From NCBI RefSeq assembly GCF_002113885.1, contig NW_018407563.1, positions 507,187-571,186 on the forward strand: a stretch of DNA of 64,000 nucleotides. Reading direction: 5' to 3'. Position 1 is the stretch's first letter. The number at the start of each line of letters is the position of its first letter. Made by a program: the position numbers and the translations under genes. This stretch comes from Mizuhopecten yessoensis (taxonomy: Eukaryota). Under the pieces are notes generated by a model, which had not been told where the DNA came from, made no database searches, and saw only the letters and a program-made list of their open reading frames with translations. Shown piece by piece: positions 50,193 through 63,906 of this stretch.

Positions 50193-50602
50193 TGTAACAG
50201 AGGTCATTATTATTCAATGCCTCCGCTAGGAGTCGAACCCGGTACCTCTGGCTGACTAGTCTTATGCTCTTCTGAATGAGCTAAAGAGAAACTCTCCCTA
50301 GCCGAGTCAGTAGGAAGCGGCTAGTATTTTACCAGGGTGATATACTCCCCCTCCAGGAAAGAACTCGTCCCAAGTTTTCCAAGGGTCTTGGTGATTCCTG
50401 TGAAAGTATCGCTAGGTATTTTGTCAATACTTCTAAGGTCCCTATGTGAGTACCAATGTAACAGAGGTCAATATATTTCTCAATGCCTCTGCTAGGAGTT
50501 GAACCTGGGACCTCTGGTTTACTAGTCTCACACACAACTATTTTAGCAAAAGAGAAATTCTCCCTAGCCAAGTCGGTAGGAAACAGCTAGTATTTTACCA
50601 GG
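50193..50602 (-). mobile_element. tRNA-LTR TRIM (Helenus-like) in CMPK1 intron 5
   Basis: Two about 150-bp direct repeats ending TGTTACA, with a tRNA-Thr(AGT)-like A/B box segment; PBS-like 50438-50455; PPT GGAGGGGGAG 50345-50354. Confidence 0.7.
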
Positions 50603-50898
50603 CTTGTGTGAATCCTGACAACACAAGGACTATCAGTACACATTTAGTCATGTGATTTTCATAACATGTTAAAGTCACTTTACATATATCACATAACATG
50701 GTCATCATGTAATAAATACTACATATAACTATAGTTGTGTAATGTATAGAACACAACACATTAGTTCTATCATAAATTTATCATATTTCATCGCAGCCCT
50801 AATAAATTGAGCATTCACATACGAATACTCTCTATATAAACACTAATGACCAAGTATTACAGTCATCACTACCCCCCAGCAGATTTTAATATACCTAC

Positions 50899-50995
50899 CT
50901 CCTCCGCTGATCTTTTTGCACATACTTCGCTGACCAAGTTCATACTTCTGTAGTGCTCTATAATTGGCATCGTGCATTCTGTATATGTCTGTAAC
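50899..50995 (-). CDS. CMPK1: CMPK1 exon 5 (LQTYTECTMPIIEHYRSMNLVSEVCAKRSAEE)
   Basis: AG/GT, phase consistent. Confidence 0.95.
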
Positions 50996-51110
50996 CTGTA
51001 GGAGAAAACACATCATTCATGAATTAGGTCATATCTATCCTTATATTAACAACATTGAGGAAGGGATTTTAATACACATCCTGTCAAAATTACAAACATT
51101 ACCACTATCA

Positions 51111-51163
51111 AATTGGCTGTGTGACAGAATTGGCTGTGTGACAGAATTGGCTGTGTGACAGAA
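51111..51163. repeat. 17-bp tandem repeat, 3 copies
   Basis: AATTGGCTGTGTGACAG. Confidence 0.85.
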
Positions 51164-51641
51164 TAGTGACTGCGTAAAGAAGGTGCTTGTACGGTTCGTT
51201 TAAGCCGTCATGTTTTTGCATTGCGATTCATTGTGCATCCATGTCGCTACTGTGTATTAAATTTGAAAACTTTGTGAATTATTGACTTTTGGCCAATACT
51301 TCATTCATTAGTGTGACAGTGCTTAGGGTCACCCCTCGGATATCACTGTCAGACTCTAATGAAAGAAGTATTTATGTCAATCAATGAGGTCAAAATAACA
51401 GATTTCAATGTATTCTTTGGCAGATATTTCTTTCTCAAATGTAAGACCCTCTCCAGACTTATCATCAGTCTGTTATTGTTGGGTCTAGAAACATTTTTGA
51501 GGTAAATATATCCATGGGTTACTAGTAATGTACATCAATGATTTCCAAGAGCTTAAATTACTCCAGAATATGTTACTGCAATGATACTTTCTGAGTTAAA
51601 CTAGTGACATATCGTTTTGTATCTCTGTACATATAACATAC

Positions 51642-51718
51642 CGTTTTTTTAGGCTTTCCCTGTTGTCGTCTGAGCGTCCACTTGTTTTACCTCGTTCTAT
51701 GCATCGGTCGACACAAAT
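51642..51718 (-). CDS. CMPK1: CMPK1 exon 4 (ICVDRCIERGKTSGRSDDNRESLKKR)
   Basis: LID motif RGKxSGRSDDN. Confidence 0.97.
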
Positions 51719-51974
51719 CTTAAACAGAGTAACATCGGGATATTAATAGACTGATCAGTTAGTATCTTTACCCCTTAACTTTCAAGTTTTTTTTTACAGC
51801 ATGTTTATGTAGTCACTAGTGATAGAATATATCATCATGTTACTGTCAAATCAATTTGGAGAAAGAAAAATAATCTTCTGCTTTGTATTTTGTCAGTTAT
51901 AAATTTCTGAAAAGATTATCATTCATATTTTTCAAGAAATGAAATCAGTATTTTATTTTGATCCTAATACCTAC

Positions 51975-52124
51975 ATCTTCTGGACAATTGAAGAAAAGGA
52001 CTGTTTTCAGGTTTACTTTTTCGGACATTTCCTTATTCCAGCCATCTAGATTGTCCTTGTTTCTAGGAAAACCATCTATTAAGAAACTGTCTTTGTTATC
52101 ATTTTCCTTTGCCTTTTTCATTTC
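51975..52124 (-). CDS. CMPK1: CMPK1 exon 3 (..[25 protein letters not shown])
   Basis: FLIDGFPRN signature. Confidence 0.97.
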
Positions 52125-53827
52125 CTGTAACCATAAAAAAATCATTGTTTACACGTGATGTTGTATACCAAGAAACTTCTACACCTCCTTATGTATACTA
52201 TAAAAAATATTTACAAACTCTGTACACAGGTAAATGTTCACAATTACATAGGTGTCAAACTCTGAAACCTCCAATGAGGGAGATCTCCCTTATTCCATAT
52301 CTCAAATGAGGGGTAAAGCATGTGAAAATCTTTTGTGGTGTTTTGGCCAGGGAGGAAGTGTTCACTGCACAAAGCTCACATTGTTGATCATATAGTAACA
52401 AGGCATCACACGTGATACAAATCCCCTCCCATTCACACATTGTGTGCCAAATGTATGAGGAAATCAATAGAAAATTCAATGACGTAACAACTCTAGCAAC
52501 TGCATCTGTTGAAGGTATTGTCATGGCAAACAATTGTACCAAGTTTCACAAAATTCTGTTGAAGAATGAAGTCGATAGAGTGATGACAAAGTTTTTCTAA
52601 AAATATTAAGTGACCTTGACCTTCAACGCAGTAACCTGGAATACAAATTGTTCAAGGTATTGTCATACCAAACACTTGTATTGAGTCTTAAGAAATTTCT
52701 ATGCGAAATGAAGTCGCTAGAGCGTTGACAAAGAGTGTAACATATGTACGGGCGGAATCCTATATCCCCTCAAACTTGTTGCGAGGGGATAATAATGGCG
52801 GCATCAAAGACCCATCAGAATAGATGTTATCGCGACCATCCACGAGTTACTCCCCTTCGAAGAGTTCTTGCCGGAAAATGCACAAGTCTCGCGAGAGAAT
52901 GCGAGGATACGGGGGCAAAACAATCTGCCATGTGTAAACAATATGCCCCACCTTCACTGTATTGAACCAACAAAATAACTCACAAGAATAGAGGTCACAT
53001 CAAATGCATTAAGTAATGACATTCCAATCATATTGTTCGTCCAAAACAAGCTTTCTGACATTTCATTTGACATAAAGTTAACACACGATACTCTGTACGC
53101 CGCTGACGGTCCGTCACAAATGTGACGCTTTAGCTTTGTCCTCTTTTTAAATATCTGGCCAATTTAACATGTCTGCTTGCTATCATAGGTGTACTAGCCC
53201 CCCCTTTTTCTTATTTGGAGTAGGTGATACCTGTTGACTTCAAAATATTACCCAATTCATTACATGGAAGTTCGTGGAAATTCGTATCTGAATGTTTTGG
53301 CGCGGCCATGTTGTTTATATATATATCCGTTGCCCCAGCGAGTACAGTTAAATCCCCTCCTATTTGAAGAGTTCCACTGGTTGCGATATCATCTATTGAT
53401 TAAGGACAAATAGACGACAGATGCTATGCCACTGCCTAAGCTCATAGGTACTTTATGCTATGTGACCTAACAATGAAAAGTTACATTATTTTTTAAATCA
53501 TTATTTAATATACACAAACTATGAATACTGGAATGTAATAATATTAACCCACTCACCCCTTAAGTTACATGTGTACCTTCCAAAATCAAAGACAGAGCAA
53601 GTCCAGTTTGAAATGAAGGGATGAATGAGATAACATATATGTAATTATGATGGATTGTGAGGGTAACAGTGTTACATGTTACCCTGATCATGAACCAATA
53701 GAATTACATGCAATTGTTTCCATTTCATTTTAGCACATTATAAGTTTTGACTGTCAGTTACCATTTAAGATTTAAGACATACTGTAATTTAACTTGACTA
53801 CGACTATAATGCAGGTCAAACATTCAC

Positions 53828-53974
53828 CCTTTGAAGTAATGCACACGTTATAGCCACTGGTACAATGGATCCAACTTCGATGTGACGTGCAATTTCTTCA
53901 CCAAGCTCAGATTGTTTATCTTTCCTCTCCGCTCGTAGAAGGTCACCGGCTGATAGATGTACATAGCCAAACTT
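53828..53974 (-). CDS. CMPK1: CMPK1 exon 2 ([32 protein letters not shown])
   Basis: HLSAGDLLR; 147 nt, AG/GT. Confidence 0.97.
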
Positions 53975-54681
53975 CTGTAAACAGGAAGATAACATTACAT
54001 AAAAGTGTGTATCAACAAAATAAAGAGTTAAAGTGACTTCACCCCGATCCAATTCTTTTCCCTTTATCCTAGTTAATACTAGGCAACCTTGCCTTCCCCC
54101 ACACCCAGGCAAACACCATAGTATCCTGTCCTACTATAAATACATGTAGCTAGGTGACCTTGACCCATCCCTATAAATAGCTTGATTGTTACATCATATT
54201 CTGTGGCAATGTTCTAACCTATCATGACTTACTGACTTTCACATTTGGTCGACATTATCCTTTACCATACCTTGTTATTACCTCAACTATTATGTCACAC
54301 TATGTGACCTTGACCTTCCTCTAGGCCACTGTATGACCTTGACCTAACCTATCATGAAGTTGTTCATCAGTCACACATGGCGACCTTGACCTTCCTTATA
54401 GGCCACTGTGCGACCTTGACCTAACCTATAATGTCGTGTCCAGCAAAAATGAACATTCACACATGGTGACCTTGTCTTCCCAAGTGGGTGCCTTCTCTAT
54501 TGGTGACCTTGACCTTCCTTATCATTACCTTCATTAGCTTTCACACTTGGTTATCTTGCTCTCCCAAATGGGTGGCCTTGCTCTTCCTTACATATTACCT
54601 TAACTAATTTTTACATGTGGGTACCTTACCCACCCAAGAACTAACGCTACCTTATAATTACCTTAACTATAGATCCTGTTA

Positions 54682-55235
54682 GGTTTCAATGACAACACGC
54701 TCAAGCGTTACCAATGAGTGGGTGTTTATTACGGTCAACTAGTTTCGACTCTATGTGCGAGTCTTCATCAGGACATTTTTTCAAGATATTTCAGCCCCTG
54801 AAGTACTAAAAATGGGGTGCAGTTTTACATTGTTAGTTATTACATGACGTCATCAATAGATAGATAATACACAATAGTGAAAGGCGGGTAAGCCCTTCTT
54901 AGATGTTCTAACTTTATAAATGTGCTGTGATTATTAAAATGTCTTTCTCTGGAATTTAAAATAATTGTTTACATGTAGTTGTATGTATATTGTCATTTCC
55001 GTAGTTGATCGTATGATATTTATGAAACAATAAACAATAAACATTCATCATATTATATAGTGTCTTTGTTATATATTCGCAGAGTGTTTGTTTGATTAAT
55101 TTAGTTCATCCTGTGTCTGCGCTGCATATTTTTCCGATACGTAATGCCTGGGAGTACGGGATGTTTTCTGGTGTTTAGGGTGGCTCCTTTGAAAGTGCAG
55201 ATATTGGATAGCATTAGTGGGTTTGTTCTCCCTTG
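54682..55235 (-). mobile_element. Penelope-like element relic in CMPK1 intron
   Basis: KPTNAIQYLHFQRSHPKH / NIPYSQALRIGKICS thumb motif (about 55120-55225), terminal hammerhead, imperfect 19-bp flanking duplication (54663-54681, 55236-55254). Confidence 0.8.
54734..54774 (-). ncRNA. Minimal type I hammerhead ribozyme (Penelope type)
   Basis: GUC CUGAUGA A GACUC-gcacaua-GAGUC GAAA CUAG UU GAC: intact core, 5-bp stem II, palindromic stem III, 3-bp stem I. Confidence 0.8.
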
Positions 55236-55608
55236 TTAACTGTATATCCTGTTACACTGATTTATCTGCACATCCTGGTCCAACTAAACGACCTTGCCCT
55301 TTCTATGGTTACCTTGACTAAAGTTCATACTTTGTTACCCTGTCCTTCTCAATAGGTAAACTTACCAATTTGTATAATTACGATTGACTAACCTACCACA
55401 ATTTGTGATCTTTCCCTTCCCTATGACCATCTTTACTAACATTCACACCTAACAACCTAGTCCTTCTCAGTTTGTGACCTTGCCCTTCATATGTTTTAAT
55501 TACCCTGACTTACTTTTACACTTGGTCACTCAGCCCTCCCCAGTGAGTAACCTATACCTTTCACTCTCGGTAACCTTGCCAATACCACTGGGAAATAACC
55601 CTTCCTTA

Positions 55609-55953
<345 letters not shown>

Positions 55954-57319
55954 TCATCACCTGCACTGGTTTTGATTGCATACAGTACAGGTTATATCAC
56001 TACCAATGAAATGCATATAGTTCACCATCACATGTACGTTAGGCGAAATAAAAATATACCGTGTTTCCCGTTTCCCGACCGACCCTTTTTTGTCATGCCG
56101 ACCCTAATACAATTGATTGCATGGTTTTTCACAGTCACTGTTATGCATTTATTAGCCGTTTAATTGTTTTCAATTTTATACGCCTTGGCTGGTGGTCATT
56201 GTCAGCATTTTATTTGAAGATAGTGGCTTTTAAAGTAGCCATAGATAATTGTGGTTATGATATAGGTTGGGATCTGCAGAAAAGTGTGACCATCTGTAGT
56301 CTAGGAGGGGGGAGTCAAGTCTGTGATGTCAGTGTCAGTTGATACTGACAGATTAAAAAACTTGTGTTGTAAATATAGTATAAATATAAATGTACTTATT
56401 TTGTTGTTCAATTAGTTTAAACTGGAGGCACTGGAAATTGAGAACAGAAAGCTTCAGTAATACAAAAGAGAACATAACACTTGTGACCATCAGTGGAGTT
56501 TGGATTACTAAAAACTAGTGTCAAACAGTAGGAAAACTACATAATTTTTTTATGTAAAAAGAATATATATCCGAGCAGACAATTGAATTGGCATATTGCT
56601 TTTAGCTTAAGTTTTGTTTAGTACCTATATAGTCATAGATATATGCCAGCATTTATATTTACCCTCTGCAGCATCTCAATGAAAGTGTATAATTATAGAA
56701 TACATATATATATTAGTTTACACATGTTTTAAAGCTAAATTATCCTATTATCGTTTGCTGGATAACCGAACTACTCGGTAGAGAAGCGGACGTAAAACCT
56801 ATCAAATTGAATCAATCAATCATCAAGCCAAATTTGTTTTGCAATGGTTTTTTTTAACAAAACAGTGTGTTTTATGGTCACAATCTCTAAAAAGTGAACA
56901 ATTATTTGGTCCACACTGTCACTTATCACTATGAGAATTAATGTAAATATTGTCCTTCATTTAACCATTGCTACCTTGGAAATATTTGGTGCTGTACTTT
57001 TATTTAGTCTTCATATAAGGAAGACATACGATGTGAATCCGTTGGTATTTCTAAAGATGCTGACTTGTCTGATTGAGGTGCCAATTTCGTATCAGAGGCC
57101 GAGTTGTCTCTATCACATTCGATTGGTCGAAATGACTTTTTACTATAGTATAAGCGAGGGCGAAATGTCTCGGCACCGGGTTAAACGTGACCGAGTTGAC
57201 GGATTCAAAATTTATCAAAACAACAGGTAAATTTGTCTTATACAGTCTGTCAGTTAAATAAGTATCACATCAAAATAGTGTACGTACTAACTGAAATTTA
57301 ACTACACATTTCAACTTAC

Positions 57320-57460
57320 CAAGCACCCACTAAAAAACTTGTTGACGTGTTACTGTAAATCAACGTGCCCTGACCTAACCAACCGGAAATGGATAATTCA
57401 ACATGCGCAATGAATTAAAAAATTTGAGTACGAAGCGCCAATGTTTTCCTACCAAAGGTA
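57320..57460. promoter_or_regulatory. Bidirectional CMPK1/STIL promoter with short non-coding first exons
   Basis: Minus-strand donor TTG|GTAAGT at 57319 and plus-strand donor AAG|GTAAGT at 57458; CCGGAAAT (ETS-like) and CCAAT between them. Confidence 0.55.
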
Positions 57461-59132
57461 AGTGAACTATGACATTTAAAAAATTATTTTAACGAAAATG
57501 AAGATCGACGATACTAATAGGTACAATACATATATGTCTTACTCGATTTGTTTACCAGAATGATCCAGGAAACATAAAAACATAAGAATTCCTTACACGT
57601 GAATATTCTTGCTGCAACGGCTTTAGAATAAGCCGACTTCCGGTTGTAAACAAACATGTTTTTGACAGTTTCTGTTAAAATTGCACTTCATTTGGAATAT
57701 CTGTGTTTCTAAAACACATTTTTAGGAGATAATGATTATATCTGTCCATGTTGTTCACACAGAAAATTTAATTTTACTTTATTTTGAAAGAATCTGAAGT
57801 TCGCGGATGACTGTAAACATGCCGGGGCGTGTTTGATACGGGCTTCGATTTAGTGTGTATTAGTGCAGTTCACATGAGTAATAGGGCAATCAAGGCAAGC
57901 GAAAAGTAATATGATGAGGGTTTATTCATTGAAATGTGTGACCAAACAGTTACCAATCTAAATGCAAATTTCTATGCCAGGGTGAAGTATTTTTTCTGTG
58001 GTTTCAACTTACAAAAAGCTCATAACATGCAAAACTATTTCATTGCGGATTACAATATGTGCGCTGTTTTGAGGTATGTATATTTCATTTTGGAATGTCA
58101 TTGCTAAAGAATTTGCATTCGACTGTTTAATCAACATAAAATGGTTTCCAAGAATGTTAAATTACACTGATGTTTCTCAAATCATATTATAATATTCCAG
58201 TTGTTACTTTAACAAGTCTCATGTGTTCACACTATTAGCTTTGAAAACATTACTTAGGGCAATGAATGAGCAAGTTCATGTCATGATCAGTTCGTGAGAT
58301 GTTATGGTCTTGAGGGGCTATGCGTAATGTTGATAAGATTTAAATTTTGACCTTCATTTGCTCAGTACATGTTATAGATTGAATTCAATGAAAAACATCA
58401 GTATGATAATATTGTGTTCAACGTAATGCATTTTGAAGTGCAGTAGAAAATTATTCTTAATATATATGTTGCTAATCAGTTTTCCTTATAAAGAATCTTG
58501 AATATATTTTTGAAGGATCTTTTTAGTGCCACACAAACCCAAATATAATTACTGATGAAAAACCACCATTAATACACACATGTACATTGTACATTAAATA
58601 ACCAGTAAGAAGAAAGGTTCCTAATCAGATGTGTATGAATAATAGATCAGTTTTCACAAAATTACTTGTTTTATTCACAATATTTTTGAATAACATCAGA
58701 AAAAGCATATCAGCGATTACTAAAAATATGTTGTTGAGTTGCTGGTCAGGAATTGTTCGTTTGATGCATATAAAGATATGTAATTGCAAAATTTAAGCTG
58801 TGATCCTTGGGAAAATCAAGGAGGGTGCCCCTGAAAAATGCAAAACCTGCTAATGATGTCGGGGCTAATAGCCCTCAAGTGATATTAACAGTTTCTTTTT
58901 TATTTATTTAGAATAAGCAGTCATATTTTTGCTTTGATCTAACCATCAATAAATCAATGTACAGTTTTCTATTCCAAGTGCTATATAGATAATTTCTGAT
59001 TGCAGGTAATTTTGCAGAATTCTACAATTATGCACTGTTTTTTTATAGTGACTGACTTAATATTGACAGACTGAAATAAATCTACTGGCAGGAAGTCAGC
59101 CTAATGGAATTGCACGCCTCTGATTAATATAT

Positions 59133-60022
59133 ACAAGAGGCCGATGGGCCTCAACGGTCACCTGACATCCAATTCAAATTAGGACTGTCATCCAGGGGCC
59201 AGTTCATATTTTCGTCTGTCCGAGTGACCTTGCTGCAATGTCCATTAATTTTTCCTTGTGAACACAATAACTTCAGTAAATATGAACCGATTTTGATGAA
59301 ACTTTGTATGCAGCTTTGTATCAATGATATCTTGGATGAGTTTGAATACCGGACCAATTTGACCATAACTTACATAGTTATTCCCCTTGGTAATTCTAAT
59401 ATTGTTGGACCCTGTGAACACGATAACTGAAATAAATGGGTGTGACTCCAATTTTGACCCAAGGGGTCTGTTTTGAACAAACTTGGTAACTGTTTGTCTT
59501 CTGTCCTTGGTTAAAAGAAACAAGTAAAAGCGTAAATCAATGATTTATTAAATAAGGCACAAATTTTTAATAGCACCTTGTTAGTAGCAAAAATGCGTCT
59601 TGAATAAAAAAAAAAGCCGTACCACATGAATTTACATCTATTCTTGTGTAATGTCAATCAACATCACAGGGACAAATAATACTATAATGACAAAGGGCAA
59701 TAACTCTGCAGGTTACCGTCAAATAATTATCGGACAAAGTTTCATTGAACTACGTCAACATTTATTCAAGTTATCGTGTTTACAAGGTTCTTATAATAAT
59801 ATTATTACAAAGGGCAATAACTCTGTAAGTTACCATCAAATAATTCCCATTTGCGAACTCCTCCGAGATCTTATTGATATATGGCTGCATACAAAGTTTC
59901 ATCAAACTCGGTTTACATTTACTAAAGTTATCGTGTTCACTAGGAAAAGTTAACGCATGACGACAGACAAAAGGCTATCACAATATAGGTTACCATGACC
60001 TATGGTCAGGTAATATAACCTA
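59133..60022 (+). mobile_element. HINE-type element, composite
   Basis: ACAAGAGGCCGATGGGCCTCAACGGTCACCTGA start, AAGGGCAATAACTCT units in both orientations, terminal hairpin. Confidence 0.6.
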
Positions 60023-61221
60023 ATAATTCATCCTCTAAATTTTCAATATGCTTGATTTAAATGATGGTTTGGTGATCCATTTGTAATACCTGGCTGTAGC
60101 TGATTTATGGACACTATATAATTTACGTATACATAATTATATATACAGTTCATATTATACAATACACATGCATATATACAGGACAAATGATGTTACCCTC
60201 AGACAGTCTATTGATTGAGCAGGATGGATGATAAAATAAATTGTTATTCATGATGATGTGCCAGCTAAATAGAAGGCCAAGGGATCCGGATGTTTCAGGA
60301 TATTGTCACAAATCCATATTATATATGACTGTATATATGTGCCAGTGTGTCCTAGCCTGTAGCCAGAAGTAATGAGTCCTTCATCAAATCCAACTATTAA
60401 TGGAAAGTGTGTATGCCACATGAACAAATTGTCTTGATGTTCATGTGAACTACTAGTAGTAAAACCTTGCAATATGTTGTGGACAAAATATGTTTCCGGT
60501 ATATATATAAGACATGTCTTATCCCTAAACATCCTCCTTTTTTCTCTCTTTTTAAATCTATGCACATCTTGTGTTTATCTTAAAATGAAGAAAAAACACC
60601 TTTCTTGAATTTTCAATCTTCAAAATATTTAATTTCTGACAACATTATGTATCATTATTAACTCATTCACCCCTGAAATTTCATAATGAACTATTCCAAC
60701 CTTTGAATTGGAAGAGTTCAAATACTAGTGGCAAAATGATTATAATCATCCTTGGTGAAATTTGGTGAAATTTAGACATACCTTTAACCACCTAAATCAT
60801 CGAACACTTGGAACTCCTAACTGACTTTTAAAACCACCCAGTCTGCACAACCAAGGAAATCCCTGCACCAGTAGTCATGTATTGTGTCTGAATTAACATT
60901 TGGAAGAGAGAAAAACAAATTTCAGCCATAAAGAAATATTTTTCGTCAGATTCTGTACTGGAAAATTTGTAATTAGCTTGTTTTTGTTTTCCCTTAAACT
61001 ACTTTAAGTTTCCATATTCTATAAAATCCCAAGAGTATAATGAAAGTCTTCTTTTTCACTTTATATGAAATATAAAAAAAAAAGTGAAAGCCATTTTCAG
61101 AGTTAAAATCTTTAATACTGAGTATTTATTATTTGTTACAAATATGTTTGCAGTCAGTGATATCAAAACTTCTTGAATATATTGTACATGTAATTTCTTT
61201 TTCTTTCAGATCTAATTTCCA

Positions 61222-61352
61222 ATGGCAATGCCAGGGAAGGTGAAAGGCCTACCCAGCAACTTTCAGATGCATCCACATGTGCACCTTGAATCATTACCTG
61301 TAACCTCAATAGAATCTAATCAAAATGGTGAAATACAAAGACAGAAGAAAAG
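61222..61352 (+). CDS. STIL: SCL/TAL1-interrupting locus protein, coding exon 1 (MAMPGKVKGLPSNF..QKK)
   Basis: Acceptor at 61210, ATG 61222, AG|gtaatg phase 2 matching the next exon. Confidence 0.75.
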
Positions 61353-62017
61353 GTAATGTCAATCTGAACTAAAACAGAAATACAGAAACAGAATGCATTT
61401 GGCTTTGGCTGTCTGTTGTTGATACAAACAATGAAGCAAATATTGAAAACATAATTCATTCAGATGGATAAATCTTTATTAAAGATATCTCACTTATGAA
61501 TTTTAAATGGCAGATTGGGAAAAATACACATGTTTTCAGTTTTTAACTCATTCACCCCTCTGAACACATTTACACTCTTCCAATTCAACGGTTGGAATGC
61601 TTCATTATGAAATTTCAGGGGTGAATGAGGTTTTGAGTCCTTCTAAATGTATTTAAAGTGCCCTGATATTGATAACCCCCAGACAGCTATATATTGGGCA
61701 TTGTAGAGCTATAACATCAATTTTGTTGGAGTTCCAAGTATCAGAAATAATTTTGAGTAAAAGTTTAAGTACATAATAATACCTGTATGCAGAGATTTTG
61801 AAATTGAAAGTAATATAAACTCTAGTAAGAGAAGTTTGTAATTCTGTTCTGTAGAATTCTGTGGCATTTATAAAATAATACTCTTAAAAGATCAACATCT
61901 ATCTAGTAAATTCAGTCTCCAACATTATTGCTTGATAACGTATAAACTTTCAGTTTCATTGATATTTTAGAAAAATCAAATCATATGTCCTATAACACAT
62001 ACTTGCTTTATTTTCAG

Positions 62018-62122
62018 TTCTTCAGATGAAAATCAAATGTTAAAGTTTCCAAACACTCGGGCAGTTCTTTGGGATCACAAATGTATAGACACTCCGGTCC
62101 AATTACACATATCCTACTACAG
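62018..62122 (+). CDS. STIL: STIL exon 2 (..LKFPNTRAVLWDHKCIDTPVQLHISYYR)
   Basis: Matches human [28 protein letters not shown]. Confidence 0.92.
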
Positions 62123-63201
62123 GTAAGTAAATCAGTTGAACTAAAAGTCTATATAGTACACAGTGTTCATTATATGTGGTATTAGTACCGACTGTTACCA
62201 CTATTGATAGTAGACTGGATAAGCATTGGGAGAGCCAGGAACGCCTGTATAATTATAGATCTGAGATACGTTATAATGATCCAAGTAACGTCACATTAAT
62301 TTAACGATAAGTATTTCAATTGGTTGATTTTGAGTTCGGTGAAGAGAATCTTTATAGATATAATCTGAACTTAACTTTAATAAACTTATGACATGTGAAA
62401 AAAATATGTACACAAAATACCAGAAAAAACACCTTCAAATGATTAAGAAGATGTCTTATTGTAGGGATAATTGTGTCTATGAATACAAGCTGTACGGCAC
62501 ATGTACCATGCTTCGGTTTCACTAACATTTTTATCCTTTACTTAAATTTTCGTGTGGGGAAAGCATTGCTTATAAATAAGGTATGATCTCAACTTAAAAC
62601 AGGAAATTGAAGAATACTGTACTTAATAAATGATTTCTCACTCTGTATAATGTTCAGATGTTTTTTTCTCTTAAGGAATAGAATTTATAGAGTACTATAA
62701 GGTGACAGTTCATCAGGGTTCGACACTATCATCTAGTCCTCTCGTCTGAAACAAGTAAATTTCAGCAAGGCCTAGTGAATCAACTAACCTAACTGGTCAC
62801 ATCATTACATCTTTGATAGATTGAATACTATGAATAAGAATATTCCTTTTGAAAAAGTGCTTAAAATTACACATATATTGCATAATAATTGTCAAAATGT
62901 ACCTAAACCTTCACCATATCTTTATGGTGGTGATGGTTTTATGTCCCCTTCAGTCGTTTACTTTTGTGAATAAAACATTTCCTTGAGGAAATCTTGGACT
63001 ACTTATTTTGATGTAGGACTAGCAAAATAATCTACTCAATGAGTCCTATATGGATTACCAAGCAAAAAGAGTTATTGTCGAACCCTGGGCGTCAATCAGG
63101 AGAGTGGGTTAAATCTGAATTTCCAGTCTAACTTGATCATTATCTGGATGGTTTATGGATCAGAAATATCTTTTGTGGTGAACAGTAACAAATGTGTACC
63201 C

Positions 63202-63303
63202 AGCCCGAGTTTCCTCTGGCTCTGACACCAGACAGTTTGACAGATATATGTCTATCTGTCAAAATGTCTAAGTCTGGTGTCGGGGACAATGGAAATTGAG
63301 GCT
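63202..63303. mobile_element. About 100-bp fold-back MITE
   Basis: Nested inverted arms GACACCAGAC..TTTGACAGAT / ATCTGTCAAA..GTCTGGTGTC; flanks AATGTGTAC / AATGTGTGC. Confidence 0.6.
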
Positions 63304-63399
63304 AATGTGTGCAATGCTTGCTCTAATATAATAACTGGTCTTAATTTACATGTGAAATGATTTAAAATCAAACAAGGAAGATTTTTTTTTTGTCCACAG

Positions 63400-63515
63400 A
63401 AAACCTAAGTTATGTGTACTGGAACGTGTGATTCGTTTTGCTCAGCGCCATTTACAGAGCACAGGACAGCAGGAATGTCTGTGTTCATTAGTGGGATCCC
63501 TCTCCATTGATGAAG
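63400..63515 (+). CDS. STIL: STIL exon 3 (KPKLCVLERVIRFAQRH..LVGSLSIDE)
   Basis: Matches NPKLVVTEKTIRLAYRH..LLGSLTADE. Confidence 0.93.
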
Positions 63516-63906
63516 GTGAGTTGTGGTAGGCTGCATACAAATTCATCATCTTATACTGTATAGATTATTTGATAAATCCTGTAATTTTAAGTGTATTGTT
63601 TAAAAGGGCAGCAGAGTATGATCCAAATTCTTAGTAATTGTTTTAATGTTATAATGACTTGACATGGTGACTTCTGCCTCCCGTTGTTACGATGCTATAT
63701 AGAACATGGTAATGGTAACATATTAAATTCACAGTGCATGTAGTTAGATCATTTGACTACATGCATGGTGACTTTCTCACTTACATTTGTTTTGTATTTG
63801 AGTCTTGATCACTTGGTTCACTTTTTCGCCTACCAATATTGTTAGAATGTTAAATAACAAACCTTTTTATTTTCAATCACTGTCAACTCTATTTGATTTC
63901 TTGAAG

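Noticed and set aside
50217-50290. tRNA-Thr(AGT) gene
   Set aside because: Acceptor and anticodon stems do not pair properly; it is part of a TRIM LTR
50355-50400. Twister-like GTCCCAAG word and other ribozyme cores inside the tRNA-LTR repeats
   Set aside because: Flanking helices cannot be formed and no CUGANGA/GAAA pair is present
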